64,000 nucleotides of DNA from Parcubacteria group bacterium GW2011_GWA1_56_13. Lineage in GTDB: Bacteria > Patescibacteriota > Minisyncoccia > Phycocordibacterales > Phycocordibacteraceae. Numbering within the stretch: position 1 is the first letter of the stretch; each line of letters starts with the position of its first letter. The DNA is taken from assembly GCA_001004905.1 (NCBI GenBank), contig LCRY01000002.1, positions 199,251 through 263,250 on the forward strand, in the 5' to 3' direction. The notes under the pieces were generated by a model that saw nothing but the letters and a program-made list of their open reading frames with translations, searched no databases and had not been told where the DNA came from. Below are positions 36,898-45,967 of this stretch, one piece after another. The position numbers and the translations under genes are program-made.

Positions 36898-37342
36898 AAC
36901 TTTCATAACACTTGGTAAAACGAGAATAATTTTTACTTTATAAATTTTAAATTCAATCTGTCATTTGAACCTTGAAAACAAAGGATTTCTTGTCTCGGAT
37001 AAGCGTGATTCAAATTCTATCAGCAAATGGTCTTTGCAAGAATTATTTAATAAAGATGACTACATCGTTGTTCTTATCAGGTGATGTATGCCCAGAATTA
37101 GTGAATCAATGGAGCGTGTAGACGCTTTATTAGGGCATATTTACTCATATTTCTGCCTATTCTCATAAATGGACCGCCTGCGGATCAAAAAGCGGTCAGC
37201 CAAGCAACTCTCCGGCAGAGGCCTCGCCATGTTCAAGATTTGATCCGAGATGCCAAATCTTGGTGACAAAAACTTATCCACTTATCAGATTTATAGAAAA
37301 TGGAAATAATCAGTTACTATCTGATTAGTTTCGGTATCGGCA
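36898..37342. other. AT-rich (about 35% GC) roughly 450-bp non-coding segment, compositionally foreign to the flanking roughly 62% GC DNA
   Basis: Composition is visibly different; no ORF of at least 30 aa has support. Confidence 0.6.
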
Positions 37343-40300
37343 ATGAAATCAAACCTCTACAAAAAAGATCTGATCACGACACGATTTGCCGGTAAACTTT
37401 CCGGGTACACTTCGAGTTATTTGAGGCGCCTTGCACGGTCCGGCGAAATAGAGGGTGTCCAGGTCGGCCGGGTGTGGATGATCAAGCGCAGTTCGCTCGT
37501 CCGCTTTCTTGATGTACAAGCAAAGCGCAAGGAAGAGCTATCACACGTTCGCTCTCAAGTTCGCGCCGCTGAATATCACTCGCACCGTCCGCCGTTGCGC
37601 AGGCCTGCAAAAACGATCACGAAACCACTCTCGGCATCGTACTTCGGCACCAAAAAAGAGGCGATTATTTTTGCGTCAATTCTGACGTTCATCGTCATCT
37701 CTTTCGGAACTGTCGCGCTGCAAGGGGCCAGTATCGTTCCGGCTGTCATCACTGCAGGGAAGCAAACGGCAGCCGTTGTTGGCATGCAGTCCGTCTCAGG
37801 CATCGGCGAAAAACTCGCTCTTGCTACGTACGAAACCGTTCAAAGTTTTTTTGATTCTGCACAACGCGCGCTCGCGTCGCTTTTCAAGCCGTCGTCCACC
37901 CTGGTCGTGCTCCCAAGTCCGCCGCCCACCGTCATCGCCTCGAACCCGCCTCCTGTGCATTCGGCTTTCACAACGATTGTCGCCACGACGACCCGGCCTT
38001 CATATACCACCATCGTCCAGGGCATATCTTCCGCCTTCCTCGACCAGTCGCTCTCCACGCTGCGCGCCGACATCATCGCCACCGTCGTTGGCATGGTGAA
38101 TCCGGTGGCCGCACAGGTGAATCCCATCTACCATTACTCCGAAGCAGACTCCTTTGACGGCGGTGCCGTGGGCAACGCCGTCACCGCCCCTTCTTTCTCG
38201 GCAAGCGATGCTGAGGGCATGAACTCCCTCGCCCTTCTTACCGCTGGCACCACCACTCTCACCAATCTCGCGGTCACGAACACGAGCACGAGCACGTTCG
38301 CGGGTCCTCTTTCCGTTGCTGGCGTCCTCACCGTCACCGGAACCACCACCGCTGCCGGATTCATATCGACAGACCTCGGCTCCGCCGAACGCCCCGCCTT
38401 CGCCTTCCTCGCCGACCTCGCCACCGGCCTGTTCTCTCCCACCGCCTCCACCCTCGCCCTGTCAAGCGGCGGCACCGAGCGCCTGCGCATCGACGCCGAC
38501 GGCAACGTGGGCATCGGCACCACCTCCCCCGACGCCCTCCTCTCGCTCCAGCAAGTCACCAACGGCACGCCCTTCTTGAGTGCGTACCGCGTGACCGACA
38601 CGGTCCCCTCCGGCGACTTCATCTCATACAAGCAGAACGACGGCACCACGCTCTTCCGCGTGGACAACTCGGGCAACCTCCTTGCCGGCGGCATCATCAA
38701 CTCCGGCAGCCAGACCATTACGTCCGTTTCGACGCCGCAATTCAGAGTCCAGTATGACCCCACCAACGAGATTACCCTCTCGGTGAACTCCCTGGGCACC
38801 ACCACCATCGGACTAAACGGCACCGCCCCCGGCCTCACCTTCACCCCCCAGTCGAATCTCGTGAACCAGTTCAACTTCACCGACAAGGACAGCAGTTCCG
38901 TGCTCTCCATCGATACCGTGAACAAGCGGGTGGGGGTGGGGACGACGAGTCCATATGCGAAGTTGAGCGTGGTGGGGCCGATAATTGCTGAATACTTTCA
39001 TGCAACCTCGTCTGTTGCTACCTCCACCTTTTCAGGAAAGGTCGGCGTCGGAACCGCGAATCCCGCAAGGAAGGTGCATATAGTAGATGGCACCTCATAT
39101 GGCTTTGGTTTCGGCGAACAACTGCGCGTTGATGGTTCGAATACGGTTGGAGCCAACATCGGTTTCTATACGTCGCTTGGAGGTGATAGGAGAAATTGGT
39201 TGATCGGCACCGACGTGGCTACTGTGGGGGATTTCGGTTTCGTAAGATCGGCAAGCCCCGGGACGGAACCACTGTCTTCCTTAGTGTCTTTGGTCATCAA
39301 CAACGCCGGCAACGTCGGCATCGGGACGACGAGCCCGTGGGCGCAACTTAGCGTGAACCCGAACGGCATCACCGGCCCCGCCTTCGCCATCGGCTCCTCG
39401 ACCAAGACCGATTTCGTGGTGACGAATGGGGGGAAGGTGGGGGTGGGGACGGCGGCGCCCGCCTATCCGCTCCATATCACAGGCACATCAGACACAGGCC
39501 ATCTCGCCGTAGAAGCATCGGGCGGCATCGCCCAAATCCAGCTTCTTGGCAACGCCGGCTCGGCGGACGACATTAATTTCGGCATTTCGGGCGGCACGTT
39601 CGCCAATGCCCCGGGTAAAATCCGCTATAACAACGGCTCTTCAGGCCTCATGCAGTTCTATACCAATAGCGAGGCACGCCTCAACATTACCAACACCGGC
39701 AACGTCGGCATTGGGACGACGACACCTCAATCAAAATTATCGGTTGTGGCGAGTGAAGCGACTAATGCGGCCATATCACTTTCTGCAGACGATGGGGACG
39801 ACATCTCGGACACGTGGTTTTTAAACTCCATTGCTAGTGGCAATACCCTCACCTTTACTAACAGCGGTAATACAGCATTTTCATTGAGTGGTTTTGGCGC
39901 CTTATCATTACCCCAAACAACTGCACAAGTGACTCTGTATAGCTCTTCTGACTCAACGGGGCTGGATTTGGATGTTAGAGCTTCATCTTTACCGACAGCA
40001 TCATACATATACACAGCCGATGGGAGTGGGGGTTCCTATCCGTTTACTACATGGGGTAATTTACTTCTTGGCCCGGCAAGCGGAGCGGATATTGTTCTCG
40101 GCAGGGACAGCGAGGTGGTAATCAAAGACGGCGGCAACGTCGGCATTGGGACGACGAGCCCCGGACACAAACTCTCCGTCGCCGGCTCCGCCTATTTCGA
40201 TGGTGGCACCATTACGGCCTCCGGTTTCACCGCGACTTCGAGCATTTCCGCTCCATACTTCACCACGACCGATGCAACCGCTACTTCCACTTTCGCAGGA

Positions 40301-43300
40301 TTCATAGACGTGAACGGCACCGGTTCGAACGCCACGTCGACCTTCGCCTCGAACCTTTGGGTGAAAGGGACGCTCCGCACGGGTACTGGTTCCATATACT
40401 TGAATGACACTGGCCTCACCGCGTCAGACGGAAATATCGCCCTCACTCGAAACGGCGTCTCACATATAAACGGCGGCAACGTCGGCATAGGCACCACGAC
40501 GCCGGTCGGGAAGCTCACCGTAGCGTCGAGCGGCGGCGTCAATACCGGGCTTACTTTGGACATAAGCTCCGCTTCAAGCTACGTTCCCATCGATTTCAGG
40601 TCCCAATCGACCCTGGGGGCACAGATCGCGATGACGGGCTCCTCTTTTTCGAGCGGCTCTTCCGGCGCGAACGAGCTGTTCGTTGCGAACGAACTGACTT
40701 CAGGAACGTTGCACCTTGCCTCGATCGGGTCGAGCGGAATAGTCAAATTCACTACCGGCGGAAATACCACTGCGAACGAAAGGATGCGCATCACGAGCGA
40801 TGGCAACGTCGGCATCGGCACGACGAATCCGACGGCAGGACACTTAGTGGTTGGTGACGGAACGACTTCAAGCAATCAAGCAATAGTAATGAACTCTCCC
40901 GCTGCGAATTGGGCGGGGATAGTCACACAGAAAGCTGGGACGGAGAAGTGGTTTATAGGGATGGGAGACACCGCAACTTACGGTGATAAGTTGTTATTAA
41001 GACGCACAGCTTCGTCCAACGACATGGTAATTGATACCTCCGGCAACGTCGGCATCGGGACGGCGAGTCCAGGGAGCAAGCTTCATGCATATGATAGTTC
41101 CACCGCTTCCAATCGAGTTGCCCAGTTTACGAATGCGGTAGACGCTAATGGAGAATTCAGCTACATCGGGATTGGCAGGGAAAGCGGTGAGCAAGCGTAT
41201 GTCGGCCATACTTATAATTCGACGGACGGAAACAGATATGCGTGGCTCGGCGTATCAGGCGACGGAATCACAGAGAACGGCACAGGTCTTATAGTCAAAA
41301 AAGGCGGCAACGTCGGCATCGGGACGGCGACGCCCAATGGAAAATTGGCAATCACCCCAAGTTCAGTTGGGACTCGAAAAATTGTGTTGTTTGAAGGTGC
41401 GAATAATGATTATCAGTTTTATGGATTCGGCGTTGAAGGCAGCACATTAGTATATACCACATATACAACAAGCGATGACCACGTATTCTTTGCAGGAACG
41501 TCTGCAACCTCACGGAACGAGTTAATGAGAATAAAAGGCACCGGCAACGTCGGCATCGGGACGGCCAATCCTGGATACAAACTGGATGTCAGTGGCTCTT
41601 TGAATGCTACTTCTCTGTACGAAAATGGGATCCAAGTGAGTTACCCCATACCTTTAGCGCCGGGTGCTAATAATTGTAGTGCTCAATGGGTGAATCTTGG
41701 TACTTTGACAATCGGTCAGGGAGGGCAGAGTGCCTTCATTAAGATGGTATCGAATGCGGGATACAACGCGAGTATAAGTCAAAACTTCGAAGCTTACATC
41801 AGATTCAAAACTAGTAACGGGGGTAGCGTTGACAGTAATGGATTCGCCGGTGATTCTTCGTTTTACACGACGGGAAGATCGCTGTTAAATGGTTCCAGTG
41901 CGGTGAAATGGGTGGCGAATGCGAGTGGTGTTAGTGCTACTTCGTACACTCTCTACGTTAACTTCGCCTCGTGTTTCGGAGTTGGCAGTTTTTATACTGT
42001 AGAAACTTCGGGTGGGTCTTGGGTAGATGTTAGTGCTGGGTCACAATCAGATCCGGGGAGCGGAAGCGCCACGGTTCTCATAGCGACGAATGAATTCAAT
42101 GTCGGCGGAAGTAGTTTGGTTGTCAATTCTTCTAGCAACGTCGGCATCGGTACGGCGGACCCTGGGGCAAAACTTGAAGTATTCGATTCTACGCCCACGA
42201 GCGCCCAGGCAGTAAATTCGAAAGCGAAGATGCTCGTCAATACGAATGGAAATGCGTTTCTAGAATTCCGATCGACTGCGGATAATAACAGCTATCAGGG
42301 ACTTCTCTTTGCCGACAACAATCAAGGAGGTTATGTGGCATTCAACAACGCCGGTGGCGGCGATGATTATTTGCATCTCGGCGGGTACACGGGCGTCAAG
42401 CTTGAGTACGGCTCACAGGATTCAACTACCGACATAGCTCTCAAAACGCTCGGAATGACGCTGAATAGTACGGGAGCGACTTTCGCCGGCGCCGTCGCTG
42501 TGACTGGAGCGCTTTCCCACAATGGCAGTACCGTCTGGGACGCCGGCAATGACGGTGCCAGCAGTGGTCTCGACGCGGACTTACTCGACGGCATAAGCTC
42601 CGCAACCTTTGCACGCCTTGATAGCGCTGCTAGTTTTTCAAGCACGCTCTATGCCGCGGGAAAGATAACGAGCGGCGTCAATGGTGCCGCCTACTTCTGT
42701 GGCGGTGACGATGCCTGTCTCTATGACGTGAACGTTGCCAATGTCGTCGGTATTGTCGGCGCTACAACCGATCGCGGCTATGTACAGTTTGGCAACGGTT
42801 CAAGCGCTATTTTAGGAGCAGTGAACGGAGGAGCTCTCACTTATAATGGCAACACCGTTTGGCATTCAGGAAATGACGGTGCCAGTTCCGGCCTAGACGC
42901 GGACTTACTCGACGGCGTGAGCAGCGGTTCGTTCGCGCGCGTCGATGCCGCCACTAATTTCACCACTGCGCCGACCATTAGCGGAAATACGGTATGGCAC
43001 GCCGGCAACCTCACCAACCTTAACCAGCTCACCAACGGCCCCGGCTACATCACCGACGGCAATAGCGGCTGGGATAACGTTTATGGATACATCACCGACG
43101 GCAATAGCGGCTGGGATAACGCTTATGGCTACATCACCGACGGCAATAGCGGCTGGGATAACGCTTATGGCTACATCACCGGTTCGAACCCAACATTTTC
43201 TAGCCTCAGTATGTTTAGTGGATATAGCGTCTGCATGACCGCACAAACAGGAGGGAATCTTGGTTGGTGCGATCCATCAGACGTGCGTTTGAAGAAGGAG

Positions 43301-44599
43301 ATAGTTCCCCTTCCGACGGCTGCAACAATCGAGAAGCTTCGGGGACTTAACCCGGTTTCATTCAAATGGATCGATGAGGCCGTTAGCACCAGCACCCAGA
43401 TCGGCTTGATTGCCCAAGAAACGATGGAATTTTTCCCTGAATTGATATTATCCGGCAACGGTCCTTATTATGGAGTTAATTACTCAAGACTGGTTTCACC
43501 GCTTATCGTAGGATTCCAGGTGCTTGATAGTCGGACTATCGACATTTCTTCCGACGGTAACGGCAACGTCGGCATCGCTTCGACTTCGCCTTCGGCTACG
43601 CTTAGTGTAAACGGCACCGGCTATTTCACAGACAACCTTACCGTAACCAGTGATGTGCGCGCCACGGGCTTCGTGAACACCTCGACGAGGACGCTCAAGA
43701 CGAACGTCAGTTATCTCTCCGCAAGCTCCTCGCAGCGGATGCTCGCCGAACTCCTCGACCTTAAGGCCGCCACCTACCGCTACATAAGCGACTCGCCTGT
43801 TCTAGGCGGAGCCGAAGGTCTCCGCCTCGGCCTCATCGCCGAAGACGTCGCGGCCATTGCCCCCGAGCTCCTCTCTCTGGACGGGAAGGGAATAGACCTC
43901 TACAAACTCGCCACCTTTACGCTCGCCGGCGTACAGGCACTCGCGATACGCATCGAAGGGCAGGAGACACGCCTCACCTCGCTTGAAGCGCGCGTTGCCG
44001 CTCTCGAGAGTGGGGCGGTGAGCACGGCGAGCGGGACGATGTTGACCGCGTCCTCTACGCAACAATGGATAACGAGCTGGTTCGCGAGCGCACAGAACGG
44101 GATAGGCGACCTGCTCGCAAAGACATTCCGTGCAAGCGAGAAGATATGTGTTGACGACCAATGTCTGACCAAGGATGACGTACATACCTTGCTCCAGATG
44201 GTGAGAGCCCAGGCCACGTCAACGGCCCCAACCAGCACGACTTCGGGTGGGGAAATATCCATAATCACGACCGCATCCTCAACACCGACGGCCGACGCAG
44301 CGACGGCCAGTTCGACCGCGCTTATTACCGCAGACACGGCGGATACGACCGCCACGAGCACGCCAGCGGATACGGCAACAACTACTACACCGATAGAGAT
44401 AACCGACACCCCGCCGACGACGGATACCGCGACAGACAGTACCGTGGTAATCACTGACGTTTTGCCAACGACAGATACAGCGGTCTCCACTGATCAAACA
44501 ACGGCCACATTGGAAACTTCCAGCGAAGTTCCAACGGAGCAGGCCACCGATAGCTCAACCGCGCCTGCAACCGACACCACCACAACAACCTCTCCTTAA
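37343..44599 (+). CDS. giant surface protein (2418 aa): N-terminal excisionase-type HTH, one TM helix, tail-fibre-like GNVGIGTTSP repeats, two S74-type intramolecular chaperone domains, Thr/Ala/Pro-rich C-terminal tail
   Basis: Single uninterrupted ORF with the domain features read from the translation. Confidence 0.85.
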   Translation: MKSNLYKKDLITTRFAGKLSGYTSSYLRRLARSGEIEGVQVGRVWMIKRSSLVRFLDVQAKRKEELSHVRSQVRAAEYHSHRPPLRRPAKTITKPLSASYFGTKKEAIIFASILTFIVISFGTVALQGASIVPAVITAGKQTAAVVGMQSVSGIGEKLALATYETVQSFFDSAQRALASLFKPSSTLVVLPSPPPTVIASNPPPVHSAFTTIVATTTRPSYTTIVQGISSAFLDQSLSTLRADIIATVVGMVNPVAAQVNPIYHYSEADSFDGGAVGNAVTAPSFSASDAEGMNSLALLTAGTTTLTNLAVTNTSTSTFAGPLSVAGVLTVTGTTTAAGFISTDLGSAERPAFAFLADLATGLFSPTASTLALSSGGTERLRIDADGNVGIGTTSPDALLSLQQVTNGTPFLSAYRVTDTVPSGDFISYKQNDGTTLFRVDNSGNLLAGGIINSGSQTITSVSTPQFRVQYDPTNEITLSVNSLGTTTIGLNGTAPGLTFTPQSNLVNQFNFTDKDSSSVLSIDTVNKRVGVGTTSPYAKLSVVGPIIAEYFHATSSVATSTFSGKVGVGTANPARKVHIVDGTSYGFGFGEQLRVDGSNTVGANIGFYTSLGGDRRNWLIGTDVATVGDFGFVRSASPGTEPLSSLVSLVINNAGNVGIGTTSPWAQLSVNPNGITGPAFAIGSSTKTDFVVTNGGKVGVGTAAPAYPLHITGTSDTGHLAVEASGGIAQIQLLGNAGSADDINFGISGGTFANAPGKIRYNNGSSGLMQFYTNSEARLNITNTGNVGIGTTTPQSKLSVVASEATNAAISLSADDGDDISDTWFLNSIASGNTLTFTNSGNTAFSLSGFGALSLPQTTAQVTLYSSSDSTGLDLDVRASSLPTASYIYTADGSGGSYPFTTWGNLLLGPASGADIVLGRDSEVVIKDGGNVGIGTTSPGHKLSVAGSAYFDGGTITASGFTATSSISAPYFTTTDATATSTFAGFIDVNGTGSNATSTFASNLWVKGTLRTGTGSIYLNDTGLTASDGNIALTRNGVSHINGGNVGIGTTTPVGKLTVASSGGVNTGLTLDISSASSYVPIDFRSQSTLGAQIAMTGSSFSSGSSGANELFVANELTSGTLHLASIGSSGIVKFTTGGNTTANERMRITSDGNVGIGTTNPTAGHLVVGDGTTSSNQAIVMNSPAANWAGIVTQKAGTEKWFIGMGDTATYGDKLLLRRTASSNDMVIDTSGNVGIGTASPGSKLHAYDSSTASNRVAQFTNAVDANGEFSYIGIGRESGEQAYVGHTYNSTDGNRYAWLGVSGDGITENGTGLIVKKGGNVGIGTATPNGKLAITPSSVGTRKIVLFEGANNDYQFYGFGVEGSTLVYTTYTTSDDHVFFAGTSATSRNELMRIKGTGNVGIGTANPGYKLDVSGSLNATSLYENGIQVSYPIPLAPGANNCSAQWVNLGTLTIGQGGQSAFIKMVSNAGYNASISQNFEAYIRFKTSNGGSVDSNGFAGDSSFYTTGRSLLNGSSAVKWVANASGVSATSYTLYVNFASCFGVGSFYTVETSGGSWVDVSAGSQSDPGSGSATVLIATNEFNVGGSSLVVNSSSNVGIGTADPGAKLEVFDSTPTSAQAVNSKAKMLVNTNGNAFLEFRSTADNNSYQGLLFADNNQGGYVAFNNAGGGDDYLHLGGYTGVKLEYGSQDSTTDIALKTLGMTLNSTGATFAGAVAVTGALSHNGSTVWDAGNDGASSGLDADLLDGISSATFARLDSAASFSSTLYAAGKITSGVNGAAYFCGGDDACLYDVNVANVVGIVGATTDRGYVQFGNGSSAILGAVNGGALTYNGNTVWHSGNDGASSGLDADLLDGVSSGSFARVDAATNFTTAPTISGNTVWHAGNLTNLNQLTNGPGYITDGNSGWDNVYGYITDGNSGWDNAYGYITDGNSGWDNAYGYITGSNPTFSSLSMFSGYSVCMTAQTGGNLGWCDPSDVRLKKEIVPLPTAATIEKLRGLNPVSFKWIDEAVSTSTQIGLIAQETMEFFPELILSGNGPYYGVNYSRLVSPLIVGFQVLDSRTIDISSDGNGNVGIASTSPSATLSVNGTGYFTDNLTVTSDVRATGFVNTSTRTLKTNVSYLSASSSQRMLAELLDLKAATYRYISDSPVLGGAEGLRLGLIAEDVAAIAPELLSLDGKGIDLYKLATFTLAGVQALAIRIEGQETRLTSLEARVAALESGAVSTASGTMLTASSTQQWITSWFASAQNGIGDLLAKTFRASEKICVDDQCLTKDDVHTLLQMVRAQATSTAPTSTTSGGEISIITTASSTPTADAATASSTALITADTADTTATSTPADTATTTTPIEITDTPPTTDTATDSTVVITDVLPTTDTAVSTDQTTATLETSSEVPTEQATDSSTAPATDTTTTTSP
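43043..43198 (+). repeat. three and a half tandem copies of a 48-bp unit encoding GYITDGNSGWDNAY inside the giant gene
   Basis: Near-identical tandem units read directly. Confidence 0.85.
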
Positions 44600-44621
44600 A
44601 CCCGCCTCATTAGCGCAGCCC

Positions 44622-44644
44622 ACTTAGCGGTCGAACCCCTAAGT
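44622..44644. repeat. 23-bp palindromic repeat ACTTAGCGGTCGAACCCCTAAGT, copy 1 (upstream of the transposase)
   Basis: Four copies at 44622, 44843, 45122 and 45335. Confidence 0.85.
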
Positions 44645-44666
44645 TGCACGATGATAAGATGTGAGG

Positions 44667-45332
44667 ATGGGAACAAGGAAAAAGTCTTTTGCGAATGGAG
44701 AGTTCTATCATATTTACAACAGAGGAGTTGATAAGAGGGTTATCTTTGTGGATGAAGAGGAGATTCACAGATTCTTCCAAAGTATGGTCGAATTCAATGT
44801 TGTCGATCCCGTAGGAAGTTTGTATCAGAATTCATTCCGCCAACTTAGCGGTCCGACCCCTAAGTCAGAAGACATGCTGGTTGATATCATTGCATATTGT
44901 CTGAATCCAAATCATTTTCACATTATCCTTGAGCAGTTGGTGGAGGGCGGTATCAGCGAATTTATGAAGAGATTGAGTGGCGGCTACACATGCTTTTTTA
45001 ATCATAAAAATGAAAGAAGTGGGTCCTTGTTCCAAGGAAAATTTAAGGCTGTCCATATTGATTCGAACGAATACCTGCTTCATGTAAGTGCGTATGTGAA
45101 TCTGAATGACCGAGTACACGTACTTAGCGGTCGAACCCCTAAGCTGATTGCAAGCAGATCGAGCTGGCAAGAGTATATGGGTAACGGGGTTAGAGGGATT
45201 TGCGAAAAGGAGATTATCTTGGGACAGTTCAAAAATATAGGTGAATACAAAGAATTTGCGCTTGAATCTCTCGAATCAACTAGACAAAGAAAGCAGGAAC
45301 TAAAGGATTTCGACGCATTCCTTCTTGAATAA
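44667..45332 (+). CDS. IS200/IS605-family Y1 (HuH) transposase, REP-associated tyrosine transposase-like
   Basis: YHIYNRG N-terminal motif, HFHIIL HuH motif, and AYVNLN...SRSSWQEY, which resembles the Y-motif region of RAYTs. Confidence 0.7.
   Translation: MGTRKKSFANGEFYHIYNRGVDKRVIFVDEEEIHRFFQSMVEFNVVDPVGSLYQNSFRQLSGPTPKSEDMLVDIIAYCLNPNHFHIILEQLVEGGISEFMKRLSGGYTCFFNHKNERSGSLFQGKFKAVHIDSNEYLLHVSAYVNLNDRVHVLSGRTPKLIASRSSWQEYMGNGVRGICEKEIILGQFKNIGEYKEFALESLESTRQRKQELKDFDAFLLE
44843..44865. repeat. 23-bp palindromic repeat, copy 2 (inside the transposase CDS, in frame, encoding LSGPTPK)
   Basis: Read directly. Confidence 0.85.
45122..45144. repeat. 23-bp palindromic repeat, copy 3 (inside the transposase CDS, in frame, encoding LSGRTPK)
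   Basis: Read directly. Confidence 0.85.
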
Positions 45333-45334
45333 CT

Positions 45335-45357
45335 ACTTAGCGGTCGAACCGCCAAGT
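45335..45357. repeat. 23-bp palindromic repeat, copy 4 (immediately after the transposase stop)
   Basis: Read directly. Confidence 0.85.
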
Positions 45358-45359
45358 GG

Positions 45360-45962
45360 TCAGGCCTCTTTGCGGTTCGTGAGGGCTGCCCGGAGCGTTT
45401 CTGCGTCGGAGTATTCAAGTTCGCTGCCTGTCGCAAGTCCGCGGCCGAGCATGGAAACCTTTATATGATCGCGCCATGGCGCAAGGAGCTCGCGCACGCG
45501 GTCGGTCGTGTGCTCGCCTTCGCTCGTCGCCGACAGCGCGAGCACAACTTCCTTTAATCCTCGCTTCAGATGATTTTCTATCGCTTTCGTCAGCTCCTTT
45601 TCACGAATGGCTCCTTTGCCCGAGAGGGTCAGCACGCCGCCGAGGACGAAGTAGCGGCCTTTGTAGGTGCCGGCGCGCTCTACCGCGGAAAGGTCCTGGT
45701 CTTTTTCAACGATCATCAATTGTGCGTCGTCACGCGCTTTATCGGTGCAGTAGTTACAGATGGCCGCATTCGTTCCGTTAAAGAAACGCAGACATTCCGG
45801 GCATTGCCGGACATCCTTACCCAAGGAGGCGATGAGCTCGGCAAGCGTCGTCCGCTCGCTCGCGGGCGCGGCGAGCAGGTAATAGACGAAGCGCTTTCCC
45901 TGGCGGGGACCGATACCGGGGAAGCGGGCGAGGACTCGCGCGAGTTCTTCAATATGGTCCAT
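45360..45962 (-). CDS. recR: recombination protein RecR
   Basis: HhH, C4 zinc finger (CPECLRF...CNYC) and Toprim domain. Confidence 0.9.
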   Translation of the reverse strand: MDHIEELARVLARFPGIGPRQGKRFVYYLLAAPASERTTLAELIASLGKDVRQCPECLRFFNGTNAAICNYCTDKARDDAQLMIVEKDQDLSAVERAGTYKGRYFVLGGVLTLSGKGAIREKELTKAIENHLKRGLKEVVLALSATSEGEHTTDRVRELLAPWRDHIKVSMLGRGLATGSELEYSDAETLRAALTNRKEA

Positions 45963-45967
45963 TTACA

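Larger units (their letters stand above)
44612..45360 (+). mobile_element. IS200/IS605-family-like (RAYT-like) element, about 750 bp, bounded by palindromic repeats
   Basis: Single Y1 (HuH) transposase gene with a hairpin-forming repeat at each end. Confidence 0.55.

Noticed and set aside
37576-44497. Numerous 60-260 aa ORFs on both strands inside the giant gene (for example 38134-38925 minus, 43900-44490 minus)
   Set aside because: All are nested within the single 2418-aa ORF, whose translation shows coherent domains. The nested ORFs are low-complexity, Pro/Val/Thr-rich antisense or out-of-frame artefacts
44622-45357. Possible CRISPR array (4 direct repeats of 23 bp)
   Set aside because: Spacers are 190-260 bp and overlap a transposase CDS. 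The repeats are palindromic REP/IS-end-like, and there are no cas genes
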